From Phormidesmis sp. (GTDB lineage Bacteria; Cyanobacteriota; Cyanobacteriia; Leptolyngbyales; Leptolyngbyaceae): a DNA stretch of 64,000 nucleotides. The notes under the pieces were generated by a model. It worked only from the letters and a program-made list of their open reading frames with translations, had not been told where the DNA came from and did no database searches. Positions within the stretch are counted from its first letter, which is position 1; the number at the start of each line of letters is the position of its first letter. Made by a program: the position numbers and the translations under genes. The DNA lies in the NCBI GenBank assembly GCA_965248535.1, contig CBDFJR010000005.1, positions 2,272,001 through 2,336,000 on the forward strand, written 5' to 3'. Shown in pieces: positions 50,458 to 61,128 of the stretch.

Positions 50458-52762
50458 CTAGATTGCTTTGGGCTTAAAGTTCCGCAACCGCAGCGCATTC
50501 GTGAGGACAGACACTGAGCTAAACGCCATTGCACCCCCGGCGATGATTGGATTTAACAACCAGCCAAAGATTGGAAAGAGAATGCCTGCTGCAATTGGAA
50601 TGCCTAACGTATTGTAAATAAACGCAAAGAACAGATTTTGACGAATATTGTTCATAGTGGCGCGACTAAGTTGAATCGCTGTAACAATGCTTTGCAGATC
50701 GCCAGAGATTAACGTAATATCACTCGCCGCGATCGCCACATCGGTTCCGGTTCCGATCGCAATCCCGACATCCGCTTGAGCCAACGCAGGCGCGTCGTTA
50801 ATGCCGTCTCCGACCATCGCCACGATCGTGGACTGAGTGTGGCGAGATTTTGTCTGAGTTGTGGATTGTTTGCCCAGCTTGCCGCTCTGAATCGATGCAA
50901 TCACGGCAGCTTTTTGATCAGGGTCGAACTTCTGCAATCACCGTTTGAATGCCAACTTCACGAGCAATTGCATCTGCTGTTTGCTGATTATCTCCGGTCA
51001 GCATCATCACTTCAAGCCCCATACGCTGTAGCGCCCGAACTGCTTGAACAGACGACGGCTTGAGTGCGTCAGAAATCGCCATCATTCCTTGCAGTTGACG
51101 ATCGACTGCGATCAGAATCACTGTTTTCCCCAATGCTTCGAGTCGCGCTTTCTCAGTTTGAACCGAGGTGATATCAATCCCCAGTTCGTTTAACCAGCGC
51201 TGTGTTCCAATTTGGATGAGTTGGTTAGAAACCGTTCCCTCAACGCCGCTACCCGCAACCGCTTCAAAGTTCTGTACATCGTCTAAAGTGACTTCTTGAG
51301 ACTGAGCATATCGCACGACAGCTTCGGCTAATGGATGCTCAGAGTTGCGCTCGATCGAGGCGGCTAACTTCAACAGTTTGAGTTCATTGGCAGAGCCAAC
51401 TGTGCTGATAAAGTCTGTGACCGTCGGTTTGCCCTCGGTCAGGGTTCCGGTTTTATCAAGCACGATCGTTTGAATTTGGTGCGCGAGTTCTAAGCTTTCT
51501 GCCCCTTTGATCAAGATGCCGTTTTCTGCGCCTTTTCCAGTCCCCACCATGACAGAAGTTGGGGTCGCCAATCCTAACGCACACGGACACGCAATGATCA
51601 ACACGCCAATAGTGGTCACTAACGCTAACGTCACGTTGCCCATGAGATTGAACCAAATTAGAAAGGTAGCGATCGCGATCGCAATCACCACAGGCACAAA
51701 CCAACCCGTCACTTGATCGGCTAATCGCTGTATGGGAGCTTTTGATCCTTGAGCTTGTTGGACAAGTTGCACAATCTGCGCCAAAACCGTGTCTTTGCCC
51801 ACGCGAGTCGCTCTAAATCGAAAGCTTCCGGTCTTGTTGATGGTTGCGCCGATGACTTGATCTCCAGGCTGTTTTTGGGTCGGCATACTCTCGCCTGTGA
51901 CCATTGATTCATCGATCGTGGAAGTTCCCTCCACGACTTCACCATCGACCGGAATCTTTTCACCGGGACGCACGATCACCACATCGCCAATTTGCACCTG
52001 TTGAATGGGAACTTCTAGTTCTTGTCCGTTCCGAATGATGTGGGCATCACGAGCTTGTAAGCCGATGAGTTTCCGAATTGCGTCTGACGTTTGTCCTCTT
52101 GCTCTTGTTTCCAACAACCGACCCAGCAAAATCAGCGTGATAATCACATTTGCTGCTTCATAATAGACATCGGCGTTGAGTCCTTGAGCAATGAAAAAGC
52201 TAGGAATCATGGTCGCCACGATCGAGTAGAGATAAGCAGATCCCGTACCCAGCGCAACTAGCGTGTCCATCGTTGCAGTGTGACGCTTCAGGGCTTTCCA
52301 AGCGTTAACAAAGAACTCTCTGCCTGCCCAAACTAATACAGGGGTTGAAAGAATAAGCTGTAGCCAGGGATTGTGAAACCATGCAGGAATGAATGGAATT
52401 GATAATCCCACCATCATCGGTAGCGACCCTACTATTAAGACGATACTGATTACGCCCGCAATCATGATCTTGTTGCGTAAATGGCGAAACTCTCGCAGTC
52501 GGGCTGTCTTTTCTACGTCAGTTTCGTCAGTGATAAACTCCTGGTCTTGCAGTGAGTAAGAACTGTATCCGGCATCGACGATCGCCTGTTGAATCTGCTC
52601 TAAACTTGTGCGGTTGGAATCGTATTCAAGGGTAGCTTGCTCGGCTCCAAAGTTGACGCTGACCTCAGCCACACCGGGAACCGATCGCATCGCCTCTTCG
52701 ACGCTGCGGGCGCACGAAGCGCAACTCATGCCCCGTAGCTTCAGTATATTAGTTTTCATCAT
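50458..52762 (-). pseudogene. Copper-translocating P1B-1 ATPase (PacS/CopA-like) split by a single-base frameshift
   Basis: GMSCASC, CPC, DKTGT, YN and MAFSS motifs; AEVRP|DQKAA broken by one extra base in the GGG at 50921-50923. Confidence 0.88.
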
Positions 52763-52788
52763 TCTCAAGAGAAATAAAGGGCAGGAAA

Positions 52789-52983
52789 TCAGGCAACGGT
52801 ATATCCTGCCGTAGTAATCGCCTGCTTTATTTCTGCCTCCGCAGCTTGCGTCTCAATGCTGACTACTTTTGTTTTGAGATCAGCGTTGACTTTGGCGTTG
52901 GAATCGATGATTTGAACTGCCTGGGTAATCGTGTCGCTGCAAGCCGAGCAAGCCATATTGGGAACGGTCATCTGTAGGGTCAT
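52789..52983 (-). CDS. copZ: Copper chaperone (CopZ/Atx1, HMA domain)
   Basis: MACSAC..AGY; directly upstream of the Cu ATPase. Confidence 0.88.
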   Translation of the reverse strand: MTLQMTVPNMACSACSDTITQAVQIIDSNAKVNADLKTKVVSIETQAAEAEIKQAITTAGYTVA

Positions 52984-53024
52984 GGGAAAAAGCTTCCTTT
53001 AAGCAAGAGCCTTGTTACTGCTTC

Positions 53025-53056
53025 ATTGTGAACCTTCTAGTCGGCTGGAGAGTCAA
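53025..53056 (-). promoter_or_regulatory. MerR/CueR-type promoter for chaperone-ATPase operon
   Basis: TTGACT-CTCCAGCCGACTAGAAGGTT(20 nt)-CACAAT. Confidence 0.72.
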
Positions 53057-53148
53057 GCGATCGGGTTAAAACTTTTCTAAAGACAGAGAAGAGGCTGTCT
53101 CTCGGTCAGAGAACCAGCCTCATTCACACTAAACCTTCTTTGGCTCGA

Positions 53149-53502
53149 TTAAGGCATTGCCATCGCCATTTGACGGCAAGATTCTGCACATCGCTGGCAA
53201 GATTCTGCACATCGCTGGCAGTGGTCGTGGTCATGTTTTGCACACTCAGCCGCACAGCGATCGCACGCCTCGGCACAAACACCGCACAGTTGAGCGTGAA
53301 GATCGGAATTGCGAGCCATGAATCGGGCACAAATATCACAAGTATCTGCACAGTCACGACAGGTTTTGATGCACTGAGCCATCATCTGCACCATATCGCT
53401 ATCGAGGCAAGCAGTCGCGCAGTTTTCACACTCACGTAGACAGTCAAGACACGCTTTGATGCAAACGTCGAGTTGAGATTGATGAGCTTGAGTCGCGATC
53501 AT
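53149..53502 (-). CDS. Cys-rich four-helix-bundle copper-binding protein (Csp/DUF326-like)
   Basis: Repeated CxxxCxxC units; AGGAG RBS; internal 21-bp duplication (CQRCAES x2). Confidence 0.88.
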   Translation of the reverse strand: MIATQAHQSQLDVCIKACLDCLRECENCATACLDSDMVQMMAQCIKTCRDCADTCDICARFMARNSDLHAQLCGVCAEACDRCAAECAKHDHDHCQRCAESCQRCAESCRQMAMAMP

Positions 53503-53640
53503 CACTGATCTCCTAAAAAAACAACAATGGAACTGAGCTACAGTTCACAGGCTTTACATTAGAAAGTTAATTGAGCGATCGCCTCTAACCCTTGAGGTAC
53601 AAACTCGTTAAAGAAGTTTAATGCTATTGATAGAGCGCCA

Positions 53641-53657
53641 TTTCATCCTAATTTCAT
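53641..53657 (+). promoter_or_regulatory. Candidate CopR-type direct repeat upstream of copM
   Basis: TTTCAT-CCTAA-TTTCAT. Confidence 0.5.
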
Positions 53658-53737
53658 CTTTTTATGCAGTCTTGAACCGATGGACAATTGACGTTACACC
53701 AGAGTTGGGGATCTACCCAAAGGATGGCTGTCTGCAT

Positions 53738-53769
53738 TTGACTCTCCACTCAACTGGACAGTCCAAAAT
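53738..53769 (+). promoter_or_regulatory. MerR/CueR-type promoter for copM
   Basis: TTGACT-CTCCACTCAACTGGACAGTC(20 nt)-CAAAAT; same architecture as 53025-53056. Confidence 0.68.
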
Positions 53770-53801
53770 AAAAGACGTAAGCAAAGTTTGTAGGTATAAG
53801 T

Positions 53802-54497
53802 ATGACTCACTCACTGTTCAAAACAGGGTTTCTTGGACTCTCGATCGGGGCTGCGATTGTGGTGAGCGGGTTGACCGCTTGCTCCAACTCTGCCCAAACG
53901 TCAACCTCTAATCAAAGCCCCGCCGCAACGGGTTCACCCATGGCAGCCATGCCCGGAATGGATCACAGCACTATGAATGGCGGCATGATGAACATGGATT
54001 TGGGCCCGGCTGACGCAAACTTTGATTTACGCTTTATGGATGCCATGATTCCCCATCACCAGGGAGCCGTCAAAATGGCGCAAGAAGCACTCCAAAAATC
54101 AAAGCGTCCTGAGATCAAGAAATTGGCGCAATCAATTATTGCTGACCAAGATAAAGAAATTGCTCAAATGCAGCAGTGGCGCAAGTCTTGGTATGCAAAT
54201 GCAGCCAGCACTCCAATGGCATGGGATAGCGGCACAAAGGGCATGATGCCCATGGCACAGGATCAGATGAAGGGCATGATGATGAATATGAATTTGGGCG
54301 CAGCAGACGATCAGTTTGACTTGCGGTTTATCAATGCGATGACCCCGCACCACGAAAGCGCGATCGTCATGGCAAATAATGTCCTGCAAAAATCAAAACG
54401 TCCTGAAATTCAAAAACTTGCGACAGCGATCGTATCCTCGCAGCAGGCCGAAATTGCTCAGATGAAACAGTGGCGCAAAGGCTGGTATCGCCAATAG
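53802..54497 (+). CDS. copM: DUF305 (CopM-like) Met-rich copper-binding lipoprotein
   Basis: Lipobox LTAC; two FDLRF..AM.PHH..A..MA repeats. Confidence 0.85.
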   Translation: MTHSLFKTGFLGLSIGAAIVVSGLTACSNSAQTSTSNQSPAATGSPMAAMPGMDHSTMNGGMMNMDLGPADANFDLRFMDAMIPHHQGAVKMAQEALQKSKRPEIKKLAQSIIADQDKEIAQMQQWRKSWYANAASTPMAWDSGTKGMMPMAQDQMKGMMMNMNLGAADDQFDLRFINAMTPHHESAIVMANNVLQKSKRPEIQKLATAIVSSQQAEIAQMKQWRKGWYRQ

Positions 54498-54506
54498 TCC
54501 ATTTCA

Positions 54507-54557
54507 ATTTCATGCTCATTTCATGCTCATTTCATGCTCATTTCATGCTCATTTCAT
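54507..54557. repeat. Tandem repeat (ATTTCATGCTC) x4 plus partial copy
   Basis: Seen directly. Confidence 0.9.
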
Positions 54558-54560
54558 AGT

Positions 54561-54610
54561 CGGCTAGCACACTTGGCATCAAAACGACGGGGCAAATTGA
54601 GACCCTGGCC
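54561..54610 (+). pseudogene. Tiny remnant resembling RND periplasmic adaptor (CopB/CusB-like)
   Basis: RLA / LGIKTTGQIETL, recalled as typical of cyanobacterial heavy-metal RND adaptors; short, so uncertain. Confidence 0.45.
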
Positions 54611-54752
54611 CATCGCCCAATCCGGCAAACCATCGGTTGAGATTTTGATTACAGAATGTATTGCGGCTGACCAAACTGCCCCCAACTAACGAGATTGGGT
54701 TGATAATAGTTCATATCAGTTCATCTCAGACAATCTTTACCTAGGAGCAGCT

Positions 54753-54851
54753 ATGTCAAAAGAGAAAAAGAGCAACAAAGAAGTCAAAAAACCAAAAGCA
54801 CAATCGGATGAAACAAAAAAACAAAAGAAAGACCCCAAGAGATACGATTAG
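54753..54851 (+). CDS. 32-aa lysine-rich small protein (not in ORF track)
   Basis: AGGAG RBS; MSKEKKSNKEVKKPKAQSDETKKQKKDPKRYD. Confidence 0.65.
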   Translation: MSKEKKSNKEVKKPKAQSDETKKQKKDPKRYD

Positions 54852-54926
54852 CTAGCTGTTTAGTCTAAACCCGTCACAATAGGGGATGAGCCAATAACTC
54901 TGAGATCATCAAGATTACCCATCCCC

Positions 54927-56132
54927 ATGCAGATCGCCCCCCTCAACTGGACAGAACTCGCCGCCCTCACGAACTTTCAAATCGATTTCGTCAACGGTGG
55001 CACTAACGCCCAAGCCCGATTACGCCTTTTTGGTCAGCCCGAAACCGATGTGCGGGTCACCCTCTACCGCGACAACCACGCCTGGTGCCCCTATTGTCAA
55101 AAGGTCTGGCTCTGGCTAGAAGAGAAACAAATCCCCTACCGCGTCGAAAAAGTAACGATGTTTTGCTACGGGGAGAAAGAGACTTGGTATAAGCGCAAAG
55201 TGCCTTCAGGGATGCTGCCCGCGATCGAGCTAGACGGTCACATCATCACCGAAAGCGATGACATTTTGATCGCTCTAGAGCAGGCTTTTGGCTCCCTAGG
55301 CGCAGGCATGAAAGACTCCGCTGTTCTCCCCCTGCGATGGCTAGAGCGGTTGCTCTTTAGGGCTTGGTGTGCATGGCTGTGCCGTCAAGCCAAGTCGTCT
55401 TCAGAAGAGCAGCGCAACCGCGAACAGTTCATCAGCGCGGTCGCCAAGGTCGAAGAGGCGCTCAGTCAGACTCCGGGTGCTTACTTCCTCAAAGAGTTTG
55501 GCACTGCCGATGTTGTTTTCACGCCCTATGTTGAACGCATGAATGCCAGTCTTTACTACTACAAAGGCTATTCTCTGCGAGAAGACAACCCTGGCTTGGG
55601 TGCCTGGTTTGCGGCCATGGAAAGCCGACTCACTTATCGAGGCACCCAGAGCGACTTTCATACCCATGTCCACGATTTGCCGCCGCAGATGGGTGGCTGC
55701 TGGGAAAACGGGGAACCGCAGGCGCGACTCAACCAAGAGAAAGTAGATCACGGCCCTTGGCTTGGGCTACCCGATGTGACCTATCCAGAGCCGGAAACCT
55801 CCTGTGCTGAGGCGCTTCAGCAGGTGCTCAAGCACCGCGCCAACCTGATTAAAGTTAACCCGGCAGATGACCAATTGATGGATGAGGCTTTGCGGTGTGC
55901 CTTGACGACTCTGATCACGGGGAAAGCCTGTATGCCGCCGCTAGGGGCTGATCTTGCCTTGCGCTATCTGCGCGATCGCGTCAATGTGCCCCGCGATATG
56001 TCTATCTATGCAGCCAAGCGCCTGCGAGAAGCGTTAGAAAAAACGGCAGATCTGGTGGGCGATCGCCAGAGTCCGCTGCTGCCAACCCACCATCGGCGTG
56101 ACCAAAACCCGGCGGATTTTGCCCGGCGTTAG
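54927..56132 (+). CDS. Glutathione S-transferase family protein (Cys-GST)
   Basis: [26 protein letters not shown]. Confidence 0.88.
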   Translation: MQIAPLNWTELAALTNFQIDFVNGGTNAQARLRLFGQPETDVRVTLYRDNHAWCPYCQKVWLWLEEKQIPYRVEKVTMFCYGEKETWYKRKVPSGMLPAIELDGHIITESDDILIALEQAFGSLGAGMKDSAVLPLRWLERLLFRAWCAWLCRQAKSSSEEQRNREQFISAVAKVEEALSQTPGAYFLKEFGTADVVFTPYVERMNASLYYYKGYSLREDNPGLGAWFAAMESRLTYRGTQSDFHTHVHDLPPQMGGCWENGEPQARLNQEKVDHGPWLGLPDVTYPEPETSCAEALQQVLKHRANLIKVNPADDQLMDEALRCALTTLITGKACMPPLGADLALRYLRDRVNVPRDMSIYAAKRLREALEKTADLVGDRQSPLLPTHHRRDQNPADFARR

Positions 56133-56237
56133 AGCATTTAGGAGATTTCTATTTTAGAAACGGCGGGCGATTTGATCGGTGCTGTTGCGGGTCTGGGTGA
56201 TCTTTGGACTAAACCCCAACAGCAGGGAAAATATCCC

Positions 56238-57086
56238 TCACCGCGCAAACTCATAGTTAATCTCTGTAGTTCTTCCTTTGAAATAGAGCCGAGTGCCTTC
56301 TGGGTATTCCCATCCCACTTCGCCTTCTAAAGGAATCAGCATCCCATCACAAACTGAATATCCCCAAAATCTGCCGCCCTAGGGCATTGCAGTTAGCTTG
56401 TCTCGATAACGAGCCTCAGCCCTAAACGTAGCGATCGTTCCTTCAGCATTAAACTGAAACACAACGGACACAGTGGTTGCACCATCGGTCAGAGTCGCAC
56501 GAGCGCAGGTGTCATTGATCGCTTTCCAGTCTACACCCTGACTGGGTAACAAGGTAGTAGAATACCAAGCTGCCTCAGACAAGAATCGCAACAATTCACC
56601 TTGGTTCAATTCGGGCGTACTGTGCATGTTTACAAGGGTGAAAAGACCGAGTAATGATGCGTGTAAATTGCTTTCTCCTAACAGATAGGTATCATGGACA
56701 AAAGCATTCAGTCTTGGAGCCATCTGGATGCGGGCATCCCAATCAAAACCGAGGCGTTGAGTCATCACAAGTTGGGTGGCAGTAAACGGACTCCATTTAG
56801 ATTCCGTCTCGCTCATGTTGAACTGTCCCTGCTGAGAGAGTTTGACCCCTGCTACGATCGCTTGTCCATCCTTGAGTACTGTCTTGAAAAAACGCTGCAC
56901 TGGATCTGGTAAGCCTTCGATCTCTTTTTGGTTATAGATTTCTGGCTCAATTGTTCGCCGTCCATTTGTTAGTTTGGCTCGTAAGTTATTAGTGTTTGAC
57001 TGCCAGCGATAGCTACCATAGATCGCAGCAAGTCCGAGGCAGACTATGATCAAAACACCCATCATTACAATCCATTTCATACACAT
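56238..57086 (-). pseudogene. DUF6544/DUF6920-like membrane-anchored protein with in-frame TAG at 56379-56381
   Basis: LPDPVQRFF, GFDWDA, GELLRFLSEAAW; frame continues past the stop as GGRFWGY..IPLEGEVGW..YFKGR. Confidence 0.78.
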
Positions 57087-57165
57087 GATACTGACCTCTG
57101 TTTGTTAATGCAGAATTTGATAGATGGTGATGATAAGAACGATCGCGAAAATAGTTGTATAAATT

Positions 57166-57746
57166 CTAAGTACAGGACAAAAGTTTTAGAATCTGAACAT
57201 ACTGCTCGTTGCAGCTATCGAGATTGAGCAGAATCTGACGGAGATAATCCAAGCCTGTGCGAAAGATGCTCTTGGTTTTGCGTCCATGCTTTTTGACGGG
57301 GATGGGCTGATGTTCCACGACCCACTCGCCGACCCGATGCGCCCAACAGAATGCCAAGGTTAAGAGCGCTAGGAGCTTTTTGAGCCGTTCGGGGTCTTTG
57401 AGGTGGGTTGCCTCCAGGCAAAAGCCCCGAGTTTTCAAGCAGCCAAACAAGGTTTCAATGCCCCAGCGATGGGCATAGTCAGAAATGGCAGTGGCGGGCG
57501 CATGGGTTGTGGCAATCACGAGCAGCGACCCGTCATCAAGCTGTAATCCTGCCAAGTAAAGCCAATGTCCCCAAAGTCGTCGTTTCCCCGTTGCTTGCAG
57601 TACCCCGAAGGGGTAATAGCACCTTCGATTGATGAGGCTGTAAATCCTGAAAGGCGATGCTAAAACGCCAGTGCAGCAAAGGTTTCAGCCGTTTTAGCTA
57701 AAAGCTTTGATGGGAGGGCCTTTCAGTCTTTTTGTCCTGTACTTAG
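57166..57746 (-). mobile_element. Internally deleted IS4-family element (581 bp) with both TIRs
   Basis: 17-bp perfect TIR CTAAGTACAGGACAAAA; transposase C-terminus YAHRWGIETLFGCLKTRGF (YREK-type motif) ending inside the TIR. Confidence 0.88.
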
Positions 57747-57826
57747 GTGAAAAATACACAGCTACCTCACAAGACCCTCACACCTTACAGTCTATGATCG
57801 TCGAGAACACTGCATACTCAACGAAC

Positions 57827-59041
57827 TTAACCAATCAGTTGAGAGACTCGAAAGGCAGATGTGATGGCTCCTTCATGCAAGCCATCTCCTAGATAGGCTC
57901 CTGCATGGTAGGTGTTGTTCTCTCCATTGGTAGCAACGACCTCATCTCGGTATCGAAAGGATTCGGTGTTGTACAACGGGGTGCGATGTTCCTGAACGTG
58001 AATGATTTGATCTTTGGCAATCAACTCCTCTAGTTGAAACGATAGGAAGTAATCTTGCGGGGAAGAGATACCGCTCAGTTGATTCAGATGGCTGTTATAA
58101 CCCCATCGAATATTTGTCTGAAAGAAATCAAATTCTGAGGGATGCTGAATACTATGATGGCTATACATAGACGCATCTTTATGAACTGTAGTCATTGCGT
58201 AATTAGCTTTCCAATCTGAGAAGCGTTTGGTTTCGGCATCGGTTGGGTCAGCTAACAGCGCCATCACTTGGTCGGGCGGCGTGGCAAACACGACTTTATC
58301 AAACTCCTGCATTTCGCCGTTCGATCGCTCGACTTTCACAACATCTGAGCGTCTGGAAATATTGGCAATCTCTGCGTTGAGCAAGACTTCACCTTTGAAG
58401 CGCTCCAAAATTTTCTCAATGTAGGAGTATACACCGCCTTCAACCCTGAGCCATTGCACCGCAACATAGTCACGTAATACCGGAACTGCTAATTCTGCGG
58501 GAAAGTTGTCAATGAGTTCAAATGGCATTGAGTAGCTATACATTGTCAGCAACTTAAGCCAGATATTGCTGATACTCTGGTTCTTCACATAGTGGGACAA
58601 GGGCTGGTTATATAAATCTTTCATCTCAGCAAATCGCGTTTCTAACCATAGCCCAATAGAACGGGCATGAAGAGTATCAAACCGCAAATATTCAATCAGG
58701 CGGTGGATACCTGTGAAGTTCTTCTCAATCATTACCCCCGATAAAAAGTGACGGCCATCTTTAGGAAACAGCGCTGAACCGATCTGGACGGGCTTGAGTT
58801 CTACTCCTAGCTCTTGCATGAGAGCGATAAAGTTGTGAAATATAGTAGGGAACTCTAGCACTCCACTTTCCAACATCTCACTGCAATCGGATTGGTTAGG
58901 CTTCACGTTTTTGTTCAGTGTCCGAATATGTCCTCCCAGTATGGGCTGCCGTTCAAACACGGTGACATGGTGCCCTTGCTTGTCTAACAAGTAAGCTGTG
59001 GCCATTCCGCTAGCTCCCCCTCCGACGATCGCAATTCTCAT
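57827..59041 (-). CDS. FAD-dependent oxidoreductase (amine-oxidase-like)
   Basis: IAIVGGGASG..FERQPILGGH; GAYLGDGLHEGAITSA. Confidence 0.85.
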   Translation of the reverse strand: MRIAIVGGGASGMATAYLLDKQGHHVTVFERQPILGGHIRTLNKNVKPNQSDCSEMLESGVLEFPTIFHNFIALMQELGVELKPVQIGSALFPKDGRHFLSGVMIEKNFTGIHRLIEYLRFDTLHARSIGLWLETRFAEMKDLYNQPLSHYVKNQSISNIWLKLLTMYSYSMPFELIDNFPAELAVPVLRDYVAVQWLRVEGGVYSYIEKILERFKGEVLLNAEIANISRRSDVVKVERSNGEMQEFDKVVFATPPDQVMALLADPTDAETKRFSDWKANYAMTTVHKDASMYSHHSIQHPSEFDFFQTNIRWGYNSHLNQLSGISSPQDYFLSFQLEELIAKDQIIHVQEHRTPLYNTESFRYRDEVVATNGENNTYHAGAYLGDGLHEGAITSAFRVSQLIG

Positions 59042-59077
59042 AGCTGACCTCTCAGTTGATGGTATGAAGGATGACTG

Positions 59078-60616
59078 TTAGCTGTTGCTCAAAAGCACAT
59101 CGCCAGATAATCGCTGATAGAGTAGTGTCCCTGTCCAAAATGTGGGGGCAAAGCCCGGATAACCGGATGAGGCATTGCAGAAATAGAACTGGTTAAGTGA
59201 GGTTTCGTGATTCAACCGTCCCAGCCCCATGTTGCGCGGCGTGAGACTAGAGCCGTAGGAGTTTCCGCTGGGGCACCAGCAAAAGCGCTCATTGGTCGTG
59301 GGGCTGCCCGTAATATTAAAGACCATGTGCTTTCTAAAATTCGGCACGTAGTGTTGTTCTACAACATCCAGAATGGCATCTAAGATTTCTTGTTTTTTCT
59401 GTCTATAGGCTTTGCGATTGCTCTCCCGCAGTTGCTTAAAATAGTCGTAATTAGCAACGGTCAGAAACTCAACAATTTGGCAGTCTTCTGGGCAATCGTG
59501 TCGTGCTCCTGTGAGTAAGGTGGGCGTTGTGATGGCAAAACTAGGATTAGAAAAGTCATTGTGCTCATACATTTGAGCAAACGCTTCATTCAGATCATGA
59601 TGACCTGTATGGAAGAGATTCCAGTTGCCAAATCCATAGTCTCGGAGGTCAAGATCTTTGACAACACAGTAGACCATGTAGTTAGATGCAGAATACTCAT
59701 AGTTGAGTTTTTGCTGCACTTTTTTAGAGAACTTTTCCTCACCAATCATTTTGGCGGCTCTTTGGGGATCGATGTTGCAAATCACGGTGTTGCCCATAAA
59801 GTCATGGGTTTGATGGGTGATTAGATCCGTCGTTTCAACTCCCGTGACTGTTTTGTCTGTGACTCTAAAATTCGTGACTTCATGGTTGAGCAACACCTGT
59901 CCGCCGTTTGTTTCAATCACGTTAACGAGCGAATTGATCACCTGCTCAAAATGCTGGGTGGGGTAAAATGCGCCTGCTTGATAGCCCCGGAACAATACAA
60001 CCCAGGCATAGAACGAGAGTTGGTTTGGAGGCAGTAAAAAATCAGGCCATTGCAGCGCTAATAGGGTTTGGGCGGACTGCGGTAGCTGAAACTTATCGAA
60101 TACATCCTGAAGGGTGCTGTTGAGATGGTGGGCAGCACAGAACACCTCATCGGCATGTTTGAGTAGTTCAATGGGCTGAATGGGAGGAGCCAGTTTCTTC
60201 AACCCTGCGCCAGTTTTTTCAACTTCGTTAACAAATTGAGCAATGCGATCGCCATGGGCCGGAAACAGCGCTGATAGTCGCTGGATCAGTTCCTGCGGCT
60301 CTGAGGGAATCTCTAACCTATGTCCCGGCATTCGCATATGGTCAAAGCCTTGGGGATCATATTGCTCAAAGGTCACGTCCTGATCTAAGCCCAGTTTCTT
60401 GAGCACCCGGTTGACCAGTTGCCCTTCACCACAATCCCAAACATAGTGAAATTGAGCATTAAACGTGTATTTTTTAGCCATTGTAAACGTATGGCCAAAG
60501 CCTCCTGGATGCTCATGGGCTTCAAGGACTTGCACAGTCTTGCCGGAGTTTGCCATCAAAGCACCAAAGACCAGCGCGGATAAACCACTGCCAACAATTA
60601 GGTAATCTGGTTTCAT
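59078..60616 (-). CDS. Phytoene desaturase/CrtISO-like FAD oxidoreductase
   Basis: LIVGSGLSAL..LEAHEHPGG; GSPTTNERF..GNSYG. Confidence 0.8.
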   Translation of the reverse strand: MKPDYLIVGSGLSALVFGALMANSGKTVQVLEAHEHPGGFGHTFTMAKKYTFNAQFHYVWDCGEGQLVNRVLKKLGLDQDVTFEQYDPQGFDHMRMPGHRLEIPSEPQELIQRLSALFPAHGDRIAQFVNEVEKTGAGLKKLAPPIQPIELLKHADEVFCAAHHLNSTLQDVFDKFQLPQSAQTLLALQWPDFLLPPNQLSFYAWVVLFRGYQAGAFYPTQHFEQVINSLVNVIETNGGQVLLNHEVTNFRVTDKTVTGVETTDLITHQTHDFMGNTVICNIDPQRAAKMIGEEKFSKKVQQKLNYEYSASNYMVYCVVKDLDLRDYGFGNWNLFHTGHHDLNEAFAQMYEHNDFSNPSFAITTPTLLTGARHDCPEDCQIVEFLTVANYDYFKQLRESNRKAYRQKKQEILDAILDVVEQHYVPNFRKHMVFNITGSPTTNERFCWCPSGNSYGSSLTPRNMGLGRLNHETSLNQFYFCNASSGYPGFAPTFWTGTLLYQRLSGDVLLSNS

Positions 60617-61128
60617 AAAAGGGTGCCTCTGAAAGCGATCGACATTAAATTGCTCATTTTTTAGTTCCTGTTCTAACTAGATAGGCTTATGATTCAACAC
60701 TAGGGAATGTGGATTTATTAAGGTGCAACTTCTCGCTTTCTCCCTAAATGGCTACGGTATTTTATGAGTAGATAAAGATGCCTTACAACTGCTTAAAAGG
60801 GGATGATTAAATGAGTTGAAAATAGTACGGCGATCGCAAGAACCAACCCAGTCATCAATCAAGCTGCGATCGCGGCTCAAGGTAAAGAATTGGCGGCACT
60901 CATAACCCGTCACACCAATGACAGGGTTCTTCCTAATGGATTGATGGATTGTGATCATCTCATGCTTAAATCCTACAAGAGCAGTGCTGGCATCACTACA
61001 AGGAGTGCTAAAAGCAAAAATAATTCTGCCAGTATGACAATCAGTATCTACAGCATTCACTAATAGAAACAATGGACATATAACGATTATGATAAAATCT
61101 TATTAACGCTCATTAGGTTCGATAAATA

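Noticed and set aside
60752..61072. 106-aa minus-strand ORF
   Set aside because: No recognisable motif or convincing start; coding status unsupported
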